Below are positions 52,060 through 64,000 of a stretch of DNA of 64,000 nucleotides, in pieces. The notes below the pieces were generated by a model. That model had not been told where the DNA came from. It saw only the letters and a list, made by a program, of their open reading frames with translations, and did not search any database. The translations under genes were made by a program, and so were the position numbers. Position 1 is the stretch's first letter, and every line of letters begins with the position of its first letter. Source of the DNA: Camelus ferus (Eukaryota); contig NC_045698.1 of assembly GCF_009834535.1 (NCBI RefSeq), forward strand, positions 8,930,001-8,994,000, in the 5' to 3' direction.

Positions 52060-52380
52060 AAAATATGGGTGAATCCCCAAAGAATTATGTGGAGTAGAGG
52101 AAATCAGACACACAAAAAAACATACTGTATGATTGCATTTACATAAAATTCTAGAAAAAGCAAAAAACTACATAGATAGCAAGCGAGTGAGTGATTGCTG
52201 GGAGTTTTGTGTGAAGGGGGGTGTCTTTGAAGCGCCAGAGTGGAGTTTCTGGATGATGGAAATGTTCTGTCTCATGATGCAGTGGCTGTTATACAACTGC
52301 CAACATTTAAAAAAAAATCATTGCATGGCGCGATTAAATTAGGAGTATTTTATTGTGTATGAATTACAACTCAATAAAAA
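52060..52380 (+). mobile_element. Old L1ME/MC 3' end
   Basis: catactgtatgattgcatttacataaaattctaga; gatggaaatgttctgtct; ctcaataaaaa. Confidence 0.8.
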
Positions 52381-52794
52381 GACCAAAAGAAGTGTTTTAT
52401 CAATTATATGTTTTCTGTATAGAGTTGATCCTAATGCTGGAGTGGAATTAACCTCCACTCCAGCATTAAAAAGATCAGTGTCCCACACTGAAAAAATAAA
52501 AACAAAATACTCATCTCTTGGTCAAATAACATATATATGTCTATTTCACCTCAAAGAAGAGGTTTACAATTGGTCTATATTTTATAATTTAAAAAATCAT
52601 CATATAATCATTACAAGGCAAATCCAGTATATAAAATACACATTCATTTTAGTTTTTATTATATTAGTAAGAATATTTTACTAATTATCTGATAATGTCC
52701 TAAAAATAAGGATTCATCCTTGTATTTCTCAAATACTTAAGATAAAATATTCATACAAATAATATCCACTCAAATTTCTAAAATTCAGCTCCAC

Positions 52795-54260
52795 TTGGCA
52801 ACAGTAGAAAAAGCATCTGACAACTTCTAGCATCCAATAATGATAAAATCTCTCAGCAAACCAGGAATAGAAAGAAACTTCAACAAAATAAAGAGAATCC
52901 ATATCAAACTGGCAACTAACATCATAATTAATGGTATACTTTTTCCCTAAGATTAAGAACAAGATAAAGATGTCCCCTTTCATCATTTCTATTCAATGTC
53001 ATAATTAAAGTCCTGGTTAATGCAATAAGAAAAAGTATACAGATTGAAAAGAAAGACACAAAACTGTATTTATGTACAGATAGCATGATTGTTTGTGTAG
53101 AATATACAAACAGATTGATAAAAACAAACTCCTGGAACTAATGAACAATTACAGCAAGATTTTACAATACAAGGTTGATGTATAAAAGTCAATTACTTTC
53201 TTGTATATTAGCAATGAACATTTGTTATTTGAAATTAAAAGTACAATATCATTTACATTAGCAAAAAAATAAAATACTTAGGTATAAATCTAACAAAAAT
53301 ATACAGCACCTATGTTAGGAAAACTACAAAACTTGGATGAAAGAAATCACAGCAGATCTAAATATGTCCCTTGATCATAGAGTGGAAGAGTTAATATATT
53401 TAAGATGTCAGCTATTCCCACGTTGATATATAGAATCTACCAGTCCCAGTCCACAACCCAACAAGCTGCTTTATCATACAAACCACGGAATCTCAAGTTT
53501 ACATGGACAGGGAAAAGACCAAGGATAGCAACATGAGAATATGAAAACGAATATGCGTATGTTCCTATGTGACTGAAATATTGTGCTGTGCACCAGAAAT
53601 TGACACAACATTGTAAACTGACTATACTTCAATAAAAATATACTAAAAAAAAAGAAAAGAACTAGAAAATAAAATAGCAACATGATATTGAAGAACAAAA
53701 TTGAAGGATTATCACTACCTAACTTCAAGACTCACCATAAAGCTACAATAGCAAAACTGCATGGTATTGGCAAAAAGAGAGAGGCAAACAGATCCATGAA
53801 ACAGAATCAAGAACGCAGAAATACACCCACACAAATGTAGTCAAATGATCTTTGACATAAGAGCAAAGGCAATTCAAATGAAAAGTGTAGGCTTTCAATA
53901 AACAGTGCTGAGAAAATGGGATACCCATTTGAAATGGAAAAGAATTTAAACATTGCTTTTATATCTTTCATAAAAATTAACTCAAAAAAAGAATCAATCA
54001 TAGACCTAAAATAATATAAAATAAAAAAAACCCATACTACCTCTGCATGATAACACAGAAGAAAATCTGGGATCTTGGGTTTAGTGTTCAGTTTTTAAAT
54101 AATACTGAAAGCACAGTTCCATGCAATAAAACAATGATAAGTAGAACTTTATTAAAATTAAAAATTTCATCTGTGAGGAGTTTGTTATAATAAAAAGGCA
54201 AGCCCAGATATGGAGAAAATATTTGCAAAAGACGTGTCTGATAAAGGAAGTGTATTCAGC
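52795..54260 (+). mobile_element. Old L1 ORF2 (RT to C-terminal region), decayed
   Basis: gaaaaagcatctgacaa; acagatagcatgattg (FADDM-equivalent); taggtataaatctaacaaaa; atggtattggc. Confidence 0.88.
53537..53673 (+). mobile_element. Young camelid-type L1 3' tail nested in the old L1
   Basis: caccagaaattgacacaacattgtaaactgactatacttcaat plus A tail; exact TSD ATAGCAACATGA (53525 / 53674). Confidence 0.93.
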
Positions 54261-55827
54261 TATTCTTTCTATTGAAATGGGAAAACCCACGCTACCCTAT
54301 GCAGTCTGGAAAGGCTCCACTAACTTACAAGTAAGTTGCGAACCTAGAATACATGGCAAATAGACTTGAAAGATGATCAGAAACTTCTCTCTTTTCAAAA
54401 GATTCAACCCTAACAGATAATTTTATCCTAAAGGAACATACGCCAATCAAAGCTTGTCTGAAATTTTCTCCTTTTACTCTTGAAAACTCACTGTTCTTTG
54501 AAATCCTTCAAATCTTTTTGCCTAAAGGCACGTGTTAGCAGCTGACTCCTTTACCTCTGTAAGCTCAGAATTAAGGGCTTTTCATTAACTCTCTAATGTA
54601 ATTTTAGCCCTTTTGACAAGAGCAGCTAGGAAGGAGTGTGGAAAATTCTGCTCAAGTGGGCACTGCATTTTTAAAGTAATCTTATGGGCTTCCTTATTAG
54701 CTTATGAGATGGTAAATTTCCAAAACACAATGGCCTTGCATATATTCCTCATTTTAAGAGTGTGTATTATGTCTTTTATGGGAATTATTTGTATTTAGCT
54801 CTTTCAACTCATGGCTGCAGGTGAATTAAGGAGTTGAAAGAAGAGTATGTAAAAATTTCACCTCCTGCGACCCATGTGCTAATAACATTGAGTGAAAAAA
54901 CTCCACAGTTAAATAAATATTCTAGTGAACGAGTCCTTTAAAACAAACACTAGTAATTCAGGTTTAAAATGAGCCCTTTGAATTATTTAAACGAATAGCA
55001 AGTGTTTCAATATTACAGAAATTTTCTGTCAATTGAAAGGCTTATTACACAGGAACTTAACTTCATGACACCACAAAACATAATAGATATACGTTACACT
55101 TAATTTCTTTAAACTGGCACACAATGGATACAAGACTTATTCCTTATCTTTTCTCTCTAAATAATTAAAATATTGTATACGATATGTAGTATTTCCAAAA
55201 GCAATAACACTGATATTTTCGAATACTCGTAATTTTCCCCGAAACCAAGACAATCAGAGAAACCATATCTTCTCTGACTTCAACTATATTTTTAATTAAA
55301 CTTAAATGAAAGATACGAATTTATGAGAAATAATTTCTACATCACTGAGAGGAACACTTTAAATTGTCTTTAGATTTAAGATGATGCCATTGGATTGCCA
55401 TTTGCAAAAGAAATTTCAATGAAATGGAGGAAAGAGAAATAAGACTGGCATAAAAAGAGGACTGAATTGGAAGTGAGGAATTGGAGACTTCATGCTATTT
55501 TTTATTTGCAAATACTCTTGTTTTAGAAGTGAATAATAGACTATGTTGTAACGGAAAAGAATGTAATGTAAAGCCTGAGTAGTGTTAAAATGGAAGCTAC
55601 TGGGACAATGTGGAAGCAATGAGTTAGTAGAAAGAGGCCAGGGAGTTTCAAAGGTCCATTATGGGTAAGATAGGTTTTGCAACACCAATCAGATCTACTA
55701 AAGGCTTTTTCCAGCAGGATTCTGCTATGTAAGGGCCTTCACAAAGGACACATAGGTCATTGGGTCACTCAAGGATGGGTACTGAATGTGCAAAGAACGG
55801 AAGAAGAAAGGGGAAATGTTGGAGGTA

Positions 55828-56697
55828 TGCATTAGGTTTCCATGGCTGCTGTAACAAATTACTACAAACTTTGTGGCTTAACACGCATTATTCTCTTATA
55901 GCTCTAGAGGCCAGAAGTTCCAAATCAGTTTAGCTGGCTGAAACCCAGGTGTCAGCAGGTCCGCCCCCTCTGGTGGCTGTAGGCAGTAACTCTTCCTTGC
56001 TAATTCCAGGCTCTCATGACATCAGCTATTTCTTGTGTCTGCATCACTCTGATCTCAGCTTCTGTCTTCACATCTTCCCTGTGTGCATCACGTCTCCTTC
56101 TACATTTCTCTTATTAAAATACTACTCGGCCATAAAAAGGAATAAAATAATGCCATTTGCAGGAACATGGATGGACCTGGCAATTGTCCTTCTAAGTGAA
56201 GTAAGCCAGAAAGAGAAAGAAAAATGCCATATGATATTGCTTATATGTGGGATCTGAAAAAAGGGAGACAAGTGAACTTATCTACAAAACAGAAAGAGAC
56301 TCACAGACATAGAGAACTAACTTATGGTTACCAGGGGGGGAAAAGAGGTGGGAAGGGATAAATTGGGAATTTGAAAATTGCACCTCTGGGGAAGTAATGG
56401 AAATGTTAGCTAACTTGATTGTGCTGGTGGTTTCACAGGTGTAGACATCTATCAAAATTCATCTGATTGTACATCTGAAATATGTGTAATTTACTGTATA
56501 GGAACCACACCACAATAAAGGTGTTAAAAAATTAAAAATTAAAAAAAATATAGCATTGCATTTAGGGCTTACCTGGATAATTCAGGATAAATTTCTCACC
56601 TGAGGACTATTAATTTATTGGCAAAATCCCCTTTTCCAAATAAAGTTACATTTACAGGAATTGGGACTTTTTGACTTTGGGGGCCATTACTGGGTAC
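55828..56697 (-). mobile_element. MaLR LTR (MLT1C-like), split by an L1
   Basis: ggctgctgtaacaaattactacaaactttgtggcttaa; tttagggcttacctggataattcagga; tttgggggccatta. Confidence 0.88.
56116..56548 (+). mobile_element. 5'-truncated L1 3' end (apparently chimeric UTR)
   Basis: 'YYSAIKRNKIMPFAGTWMDL..VLLSEVSQ' ORF2 end, then UTR, AATAAA and A tail. Confidence 0.9.
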
Positions 56698-59334
56698 TTG
56701 AAAGGAAATAGGTTTTAATGATGAAAATCTGATGGAGCCCATGATAGGTAAAAAGAAGAAAGAAGAGAATTGCTACGTGGAGAGGAAGTAAGCTGTTAAC
56801 AGTATCATTAACATATTAAGGGAGCAGAAAACCAGGCTCAAAACCACACAGGCTATTTTAATTTATGTTAAAATATACAAATATTAATGGGTATAGATGT
56901 ATCTATAATATATCACACAGATTTGTTAACAGTGATTATTTCTTCTTGGTTTTGTTAGGTTGATTTTTATTTTATATTTATATAGATTGTGTTATCTCCA
57001 TATTTAGCAAAAAGAAAATGGACTTTTTCAAAAAAACCTACATTATTCTATATGAAAACTTCTTGACTTCCCATTGAATCAAATCATATTTACTCAAATA
57101 TTTAGAGTAAAATACGGCCCTGCAGATTAATCAGTACCATGGGGTCAGAATCACAGTCCTTGGTAAACAGAGGTCTGGGTCTTAAGTGAGAACAACACTG
57201 GCTTCTTAAACATGAGAGTTTGTCATTTTAGAATAAAACATCATATCATAATAAAAACTAGTGGATTTGAACATCAATAATCAGACAGTGGAGGAAGTAG
57301 GTGTTTATTTTGTCAAATCTTGGCAAATTATTTTTACTAATTTAAATCCTTCAATTGCCATCTCTCTCTTGATCTCAGTGGGAGTTGGGGTTTATGGGGG
57401 CTTATAAAGTAACTAAAACTCTTCAGATGAAAGGGATATTAGTGTAAAATACTAATTAGCAGTATAATTATAAATGGTTTCAGCGCTAAGGTAGATTTTG
57501 GCATCAGAAGATGGGAACACGCAATTTGAATATAAAACTATCAAAAACATTTAGTTTTGGAAGCATTTTAGGAACATTGGTGAAAAGGCATTGGCTTGAA
57601 GTGGTGTTAGTCTAATTCTTTTTTAAAATCACAGAAGAAAGTATTCAATGACCCAGAAAGTATGTATGTATGTTAATTTGGAGCCGTATAGATCCAAGGG
57701 AATGAAATTGAATGACAGAAGTGTCTATCAGGTAAAAGACAACATAATTAAACTGATTTCCATGGAAACATAGAGGATGGACTTTAGCAAGGCTCATTAT
57801 TGACAGGTTATATTTGGAAAAAAGACTATTGCATTAGCATGTTCCTCCATTGTGATTGCATATTGATGATACTAATCTGTTTGCTTTTCAAAGACGGTGC
57901 ATATATGCTGAACGCCTGCTATTTACTAAGAAAAGATTTGCACTGCTGACTTATGAGTATTATGTGGTTGTGATGCAGACAGCTGTCATGAGATAAAACT
58001 GTCAAGGCCCACATTATTTTTTTTAATGTGTTATTGCCCTTAAAGGTTCTTATTTGTTGTTTTACAAAATGTTAACAAAACCTCAAAGTGACAATATCCC
58101 CATTCCTTTTAAATAAAATGAAGGGCATGTTCTGATCGCTCGCAGGCTCTTGTCTCTGAATTTATTGACATTTTAAATTCAAATGTCAAACTTAATAGTG
58201 ATAGAAGAGAATGTTTTCAGAGTGAATGGAACAGATGAACTTTTGAAAGTAGATTGTGGCCAGTGGGTTAATAAACTGCAGGAACTTGGGGGTGACTTCA
58301 GGCAACATAATTTTACATAAAGTAATCAGAACAACGAATTCTTCTTTTAACATAGAAAAGTGACTTATTCTCAGTTAATTCCACCCAAATATATTTTCTC
58401 TAAAGTGATGAGTCTGCATGAGATCACTGTTACTTATTGCCAGCTGAGGTATAAAGATACTAACACAACGAATATTTCAAATAGGAACAGGATTTTTATC
58501 TACATTTGTGCTTGTGGTTGTACTTTGCAGACTGTAAAGTGTATAGGAATAGCCATGGAATTATTTCTCTGAATATTTCTAGGTTGGGCCCCAAGATTCT
58601 GCAGTTCTAAATGCTGCTACTGGTTCACAGATCACATTTTTGAGTAGCAAAGCCCCACAGTGGATCGAAGCCAGTTGTCTTTGCTCAACAGAGTGATTAT
58701 CAGATACAAAAATCGTGGCAGTGGAAGCGTATGACTATAGAAAGCAACTTAGAGCGTGGCTTGTAGGCAGTGGGGAGATCTTGCAGATGAAGTAATCTAC
58801 ATAATTGTCAGATTAAAATTTTTACTCTTTTTAGGTATAATTTCTTGAGCATTGATTTTTTTCTTTTAAATCCCTTTAAAACAATATCCCTGGTACAAAT
58901 AAACACAGTCCAAAATTTTTTAAAGAATGAATGCTTTCTATTGCTTGTAAGGTGCACATGTTGAGGTGTGAAAAAATACAAGGTTTCTATTCTATGCATG
59001 TCAATTGTAAGCTGCATGATGCTAGACATAAATTTAACTCTCTTTTTTCTTCTGGAAATTGGAAAAAATAGATTGATATGCAATTTTTAAAAAAAGTTGG
59101 TCAAATGCATCTTTTTAAAATTGTACCAGTGTAAATGAATGTAAGCATTTGGGGTATTTTAAAATGTGGAAATTAGTCACGAAAATCAATTTAAAAATGT
59201 CTCAGAATATACACAAAATATACTATAATGGTAATTTTTGGATGTGCTAGGCAAATATTATAAGGTATATGTATATATAGCTATATATAAATAGATTGTT
59301 TTGAAATGAAAGAGAAAAAATAATCACTCAGAAA

Positions 59335-59535
59335 GAGAGAGCACAGTAGAATTGTTAAAAATGTGAACTAACTTTTTGCCCTTTTGCAAGTTATTTAACT
59401 TCTGTGCCTCAATTTCCTCATTTGTAAAGCAGGGAGGAGCAATTCTATCTGGCTCAAAGTGTTCTGAATATTAATACATGCAAAAGGCTAAGAACAGTGT
59501 CTGGCAGATAATTTCCCAGTAAATGTTAGCTATTA
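59335..59535 (+). mobile_element. MIR
   Basis: gcaagttatttaacttctgtgcctcaatttcctcatttgtaaa core. Confidence 0.85.
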
Positions 59536-61169
59536 TAGTCTGAAGTTTTGCTACAGTTAAAAATGATCTTTGTGAAGGATCAGTATTTCCAAATGATACT
59601 TGGGAATGACTTCGGGAACATTTTATAGGCCCTTCAAAATCAGTGTGTTCAAACCTACCCTTATTAGGTCCAGCATTAATATTCTTCTCCATGTGCTGAC
59701 TGTCAACTCCTCTCAGCTACTAAACAAACAACCAAGAAAACCTTTGACCAAGCACAGCCAGGACTATTAGACCTAATATAGTAACAGAGAACACTGCTTT
59801 GGCAGAATATCAATACAGTCTCAGAGTGGAGAGTTTGGGAAAAGCTACCCATATTAACTGAAAGATGGGAAATGGATCGCAATTGGACAGTTAATGGCAT
59901 ATTAGTTTAGGACTGATGGATACAGATGGAGAGAGGGTGGTTAAAGTAAACCATGATAAATAAACTGCTGCCTGATAAGCAAGCTCTCTGCCCAGGTGAG
60001 CAATCTATTGTCCAAAAAAGAGAGCTGATGACTCGGATGAAAAACTGCCTCAATTAATTTTCTGAAATGTTATGAAGCAAGCAGGGGAAATATTTATGGG
60101 GTACAACTTTAAATACTTGACCAAGGGTTTCACGGAACAAGTGGTTATGCTAATCTGACAGAGGTAGTGATCTTAAATCTCATGCCTCAAGCTCTATTCT
60201 GAATTCATGATATGGCTACTTCCTAGGGGACAAAAACTAAAGCAGATTATAATCCCAAATTTTCCCTTGTCCTCATTCATATGCCTAACTTATCATCAGC
60301 CATCTATCAGCTATTTTTTGAATGATATTCTAACCAAGTTTCCATGCCTGGACTACCACAGTGTCTTCTTTATTTTTTCCTTACTGTCAATATTAACGTC
60401 CCCTGAAACAGTGTCTAAACTATCATTAGAATATAATTGTAGTATTATCAGTCTGTTGTTTAATACCCACCTTGCCTACAGGAGAAAACACATTCTCTTT
60501 ATATATAAGCTCTTATAATTTATGTAATGGCCAGTTTTAAAGCTTTAACTCCTCCATATGACTATGGTCATATGGATACCTGCCACTGTCAATCTATCTT
60601 ATGCTTTTTCTTTTTTTCTTTTGGACCTCTGTTCCTAGGGAACTAAGCTATTTCCCAGATGTGCTCAGGCCAGTAACTGTAGGCACCCATATTGTGACAA
60701 ATAGCATTACTATAATGAACCATGCTGTCTTGGCTGAGTTGAAGCTGAGAGTTGGCTGCTACTGGTGAGAAGAATTAGATGACTACCTTACCTTCATGTT
60801 TCCATTTGTGCAACTAATTTTGATAGAAGTTGGTGAGTTGTAGGCAAATTTCACCCACCACTGGTGCCAAATCTGGTGGACTTTTGTCACACAATAGAGG
60901 CTTGGCTGCTTGGCTTAGAGAGCAATGGGGAACCATAAAAATGAGTGACGTTAAGGGAATAAATAATCCAGCTGGTCAATAACAATAGGTAGTGTTGAGA
61001 TGAATTTGTGAAATTGCATTATCTTCATAGAGGTATTGATGTCCCAGGCCACTGTCACATGAGGATGGTCACAGCACATATGTGTTATAGTTTCAGATCC
61101 TGCATCTTGATATTTCCTATGATGTTTCCATCTATCATGATAAAATTAAAATCATTTTTCTTTTCACAG

Positions 61170-61243
61170 TTGATTTGAAGGACCTGCAAGACACAGATGT
61201 CCAGCTGAATGGTAGCTTAACAGTACCAGCTGAGGAAGCCTGA
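61170..61243 (+). CDS. Candidate terminal coding exon, (x)DLKDLQDTDVQLNGSLTVPAEEA*; gene unidentified
   Basis: Strong acceptor atttttcttttcacag with ~70 nt AG-free upstream; phase-1 frame open for 23 codons, ending TGATGA; non-repetitive. Confidence 0.45.
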
Positions 61244-61533
61244 TGAAAGCTCCCGTAGTAAACTCTAGTCCCATAGTAAACTCTGGTCCCGTGAAGAAAG
61301 TCCACTTGGTGTCATATCTTTACTGTCTAAAGCAGTCCTTCAGAATCTGTAGGTGCTTGATAAACATTTACTAAAGAATGGAAGGAAGGAAGAAAGGAGG
61401 AGAGAGAGGGAGGAACAGAGGGTGGGGGTAGAGAGGAAGGAAGAAAGGAAGGAATGAAACATTTGAGACTAGAAGAGGAAAACAAAATTAAGAAGAAAGG
61501 CAGGAAGGGAGCTGGCTTATTTAAAAGCCACTT

Positions 61534-61682
61534 GTTGGGTAGGTGGGGTGGTGGAGGATATAGCTCAAATGGTAGAGAGCATGTTTAGCATGCATGAAAT
61601 CCTGGGTTCGATCCCCACTACCTCCTCTAAAAATAAATAAATAAATCTAGTTATCTTTCCCGCCAACACCAAAAAAAAAAAA
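61534..61682 (+). mobile_element. tRNA-Ala-derived SINE (camelid vic-1-like)
   Basis: tagctcaaatggtagag...tagcatgcatg...gggttcgatcccc head, (aaat)n body and A tail; TSD aaaagccactt / aaaagttactt. Confidence 0.9.
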
Positions 61683-62479
61683 GTTACTTACATTCTTGTA
61701 TTTTATATGTAAAAAATTCCTACACATAAAATAAAGTAGGTATTTTTATGTTTTCTCTATGTGAAATTGGTTCAAGATAAGTGAAAGTTGCTTTTGGTGA
61801 GAAAAATCTGGGAAAAAATACTATAATTTCTGACCTGCACTAAACTAGAAAAAGAAAATATTATAAAAATAGTATTTATAATAGCCAGATGAGAACATTT
61901 TAGACAAGAATAGCTAAGTAATGTACACCTATATGTAACATATGTATACATATATATAGACTTCAGTACAAGTGAAAATTAAACAGAACCTATGAATACT
62001 ATGTAGATTGTTAATCAGAAAGGAAACCTCGCTGGCCTTCTTTTTTGTTGTTTGCTTCCTTCATTCATCTTGGTGGTAGAATTGGAGCATCCGGTCTAAT
62101 ACTTGCCCTTTTGGATTGAGAAAACAGTGTTCGTTACTGAAAAATTCAGCATAAAGTAGAGTAATTCTTAACCTTTTAATAATTCCTCTGAGGTTGATAT
62201 ATTTGGCCAACAAAGGAACTCTCGATTTTCAAGGTCCATTTGGGAGGTTTGCCTCATGCAAAGGGAATCATTTGGAAACTCTAAAGCTTTCATCTCTTTC
62301 TCTTCTTACATATGTTAAGTTAGTAAGCATCCACCCAAAATATTTCATAGTAGGGTCATTGTCTACAGATTGATATTTTTATACAGACACCATTGTCTCT
62401 GGATTATATTACAGAAGTGAAAGGGAAAATGGAGCTCACTAGCTTCAGATGATCTGCAACTCAGTGATTTAGGCTTCTC

Positions 62480-62674
62480 AGAGTTTCTCAGCATTTTAGC
62501 TTGAATACTTCTTAGGTATTGGGAGCTGATCTGTGCATTGTGTGGGGTTTACAGCATCCCTGAACTCCACTCATTAGCAAGTTAGCATCTCCCCCAGATT
62601 ATGATAATCAAAAAATGTCCCCAGCCACTGCCCAATGTCCCTTGGGAGCAAGAACATCTCCAGTTGAGAATCAC
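62480..62674 (+). mobile_element. MER20 (hAT-Charlie)
   Basis: tgtgcattgtgtggggtttacagcatccctg; aaaaatgtccccagccactgcccaatgtccc; cagttgagaatcac. Confidence 0.85.
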
Positions 62675-63594
62675 CAAGACAACAATTGAAAGGCTGCATA
62701 CATACATGTTAGCATAGAAGTGGCCAATTTTTTTCACAGTGTAGCAGTATGGATACACATTTTCCAATGATGAGACCAAACATACATTGTTTAAAAAATG
62801 TTTTTCTCTTGTGTTGTTGCAATACTGCATTCTAATTTGACCTTCCCTTGGATACTTCTTTATCAAAATGTAATTATATTATAATTATGCCTTCTGCTGA
62901 GTCATTTAGAAAATATTAGGTGTTGATAAATAAAAGATATGTGTTTGGTAATAAAATAATTTGACTAAGAAAAAATGTAGCTCTAAGCGATAAAAGAAAT
63001 TTGTAATCTAATTTTATCAAGTTCCATTGGCAAGAAGCTATTCAGCTTGCATAGTGGAGTAATTGAGCACTTGATGCATAGTGTGGCGAGGATAAACATC
63101 TGGCTTCTCAATATCGTATCTTACAATGGACATTCGGAGCAGATGCCATTCCAACTTCTGGTGAGGAAGTTGGAATGGCAGAACTGCTTTCAAAAATGAA
63201 AGCTTAGATGAAGGTCTTTCTCTCATTCAGAATAGCTCATATGAAATGATAATCAGTTCAATTTGAAGTCACCATAGAAACTTTAAGAAGGTAAAATCAT
63301 TTTCTGACTCTTCACTGTTTTTTACAGAGAGGACAGAATTATCAAAGTCAGATTAATTAATTTTTTTCTCAACTTAGCTTTATTTTAATTTGTTATTAAA
63401 TTCTGTTTTCATTCTCACCACATTTATGACTCTGTTACACGTGAACTCATCTATAATCTGAAGCAATAACTAGTGTGATGCTTATCTTGGATTTCCTCTT
63501 GCCAAGATAAAAATAAAATTGCCTCTATGTAGACATTTGAGATTGTGACAAAAATAAGGAGAGTCCTGTAATGGAAACTGTAAGCTAGATTAAC

Positions 63595-63775
63595 CAGGGA
63601 TTCTCAAAGAGTGGTTTCCCATCAGCAGCATCAGCTGCTAGATGTTCATTAGAAATGAAAAGGCTTAGGCTCAACTCCAGACCTACTGAACATTGCTCTG
63701 GAGGTGAGGCCCAGCCATGTGTTTTATTAAGCCGACCAGGGGGTAGTGATGATTGTCAACGGCTGAGAACCAGTG
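63595..63775 (+). mobile_element. MER5A (hAT-Charlie)
   Basis: cagggattctcaaagagtgg...cagcagcatcagc...ccagacctactgaa...tgagaaccagtg. Confidence 0.88.
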
Positions 63776-64000
63776 CACCCATGCCTCTGTATCAGCATGC
63801 TGACAGTGGAAAAGGGATTCAGAGTTTGCAAAATGATATTCTCTACATCACCTCCTAGGGAGAATGGATGGAGTCTGGTACTTAAGTCCCAAACCATACA
63901 GGATGCAATTTGATAAAATTCATTAAGATTCGTCTAACAACCACTCACCCCGGTAATCCCATATCCTTGCTCCCTTCTCTTCCCTCTCCTACTGGTGAAT

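Noticed and set aside
54273..54618. Possible additional solo LTR (TG...CA, CCAAT)
   Set aside because: No TSD and no family recognised; not supportable without a search
61545..61630. tRNA-Ala gene (also considered at 50965-51042)
   Set aside because: Stem mismatches, SINE tail and TSDs indicate retroposed SINE copies

Overview
Mammalian, AT-rich, gene-poor DNA, most likely camelid: it carries tRNA-Ala-derived vic-1-type SINEs and artiodactyl-type L1 3' ends, and I saw no Alu, Bov-A/BovB or PRE-1. No complete protein-coding gene, true RNA gene or CRISPR array is supported. A large part of the window is transposon debris: old L1/L2/MIR, MaLR/ERVL LTRs, MER33/MER47/Tigger1/MER5A/MER20 DNA elements, and younger lineage-specific solo LTRs. 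Several solo LTRs have readable 4-bp TSDs and one has a 6-bp TSD. Five LTRs are nested in a MaLR/ERVL element at 36-40.6 kb. The only clearly recognisable coding remnant is an L1 ORF2 reverse-transcriptase fragment (28709-29150). Most interesting observations: a GC-rich ~0.7 kb block with a near-perfect 42-bp inverted repeat (47950-48394); two candidate phase-1 terminal exons on + (20995 and 61170); an ERV2-type LTR retaining a PBS stub; a SINE and an L2 with strong AT-to-GC drift; a tailless open L1 RT fragment; and a chimeric L1 3' end. Family names come from my recall of consensus sequences, not from a search, and the boundaries of old elements are approximate. I found no convincing novel multi-gene system.
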